A stretch of DNA of 64,000 nt, taken from the NCBI GenBank assembly GCA_963727805.1, contig CAVSHF010000005.1:640001-704000 (forward strand). Direction: 5' to 3'. Within the stretch, counting starts at the first letter, position 1; the number at the start of each line of letters is the position of its first letter. The stretch is from an uncultured Nitrospiraceae bacterium. GTDB taxonomy: Bacteria > Nitrospirota > Thermodesulfovibrionia > Thermodesulfovibrionales > Dissulfurispiraceae. A program made the position numbers and the translations under genes. The notes under the pieces were generated by a model. That model was not told the DNA's origin. It did no database searches and worked only from the letters and a program-made list of their open reading frames with translations. This document shows, one piece after another, positions 63,268 through 64,000 of this stretch.

Positions 63268-63738
63268 TTACCACCGATAATGAGCAAAGGCCCTATTGGC
63301 TTCGGCCATTTTGTGGGTGTCTTCTTTTTTCTTGATAGATGAACCGGTATTGTTGTAGGCATCCAGCAACTCGCCGGCGATTCTTTCGCGCATCGTCTTT
63401 TCTTTGCGGTCTCTGGCATATTTTATGATCCAGCGCAGTGCCAAAGCTACCTTTCTGGCCGGCTTGACTTCAACGGGCACCTGATACGTAGCGCCTCCAA
63501 CCCTTCTAGGCTTGACTTCGACAAGGGGCTTCACATTCTCGACAGCGGCCTTAAAGACCTTAAGTGCATCAATGCCGGTCTTTTCGCTCATAATGTCGAA
63601 GGCGCCGTAGCATATCCTTTCCGCTGTGGACTTTTTACCCTCTTTGAGCAACACACTGACCAGCCTGGTTACAAGCTTGCTGTTATATTTTGGATCGGGG
63701 AGAACATCTCTCTTTTCAGATTCTCTTCTTCTTGCCAT
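63268..63738 (-). CDS. rpsG: 30S ribosomal protein S7
   Basis: [29 protein letters not shown]. Confidence 0.98.
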   Translation of the reverse strand: MARRRESEKRDVLPDPKYNSKLVTRLVSVLLKEGKKSTAERICYGAFDIMSEKTGIDALKVFKAAVENVKPLVEVKPRRVGGATYQVPVEVKPARKVALALRWIIKYARDRKEKTMRERIAGELLDAYNNTGSSIKKKEDTHKMAEANRAFAHYRW

Positions 63739-63769
63739 GGTAATATGCTCCGACTATGCTCTTATCAAT

Positions 63770-64000
63770 TTATTTGGGCCGTTTTGCGCCGTACTTGGAC
63801 CTGCTCTGCTTCCGGTTGCCCACACCGGCGCAGTCGAGGGCACCCCGCAGGATGTGATATCTCACGCCTGGGAGATCCTTGACCCTTCCGCCCCTGATTA
63901 ACACAATTGAATGCTCCTGGAGATTGTGACCCACACCCGGGATATATGCAGTAACCTCCATACCATTGGTAAGCCTAACTCTAGCTACCTTCCTCAATGC
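63770..64000 (-). CDS. rpsL: 30S ribosomal protein S12 (5'-truncated by window)
   Basis: [30 protein letters not shown]. Confidence 0.98.
   Translation of the reverse strand, partial: ALRKVARVRLTNGMEVTAYIPGVGHNLQEHSIVLIRGGRVKDLPGVRYHILRGALDCAGVGNRKQSRSKYGAKRPK

Overview
Chromosomal core-genome segment of a bacterium of roughly 50% GC. Gene content and order fit an anaerobic Nitrospirota or deltaproteobacterium-like organism, but that is inference and no search was run. The right third (45.5-64 kb, minus strand) is the str-S10-spc-alpha ribosomal superoperon, from partial rpsL to rplQ. It lacks rpmD and adk at their usual positions. Leftward of it lie tig-clpP-clpX, a DciA-like gene and rpmB, infB-rbfA-nrnA, vorB, mutL, murA, rel and HU. 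The left part holds recG, pilD, typA, mtgA, LysR/leuCD, an ABC-F ATPase, greB, an ACT/DUF711 pair, citrate synthase, a divergent PGK, recQ and nth. Four things stand out. (1) A 24.2-27.1 kb operon encodes two tandem paralogous His-x11-His membrane microproteins (one missed by the ORF track), a His-bearing membrane protein, a cytochrome P460-family protein and PfpI; an IS630 element has inserted into the cytochrome stop codon. (2) An orphan IS200/IS605 right end at 18.1-18.4 kb carries a TnpB C-terminal remnant and an omegaRNA-like scaffold. (3) A HAD phosphatase is fused to a thioredoxin-reductase-like domain. (4) tuf has a sharply bounded purine-ending codon bias. No rRNA, tRNA or CRISPR array was seen.
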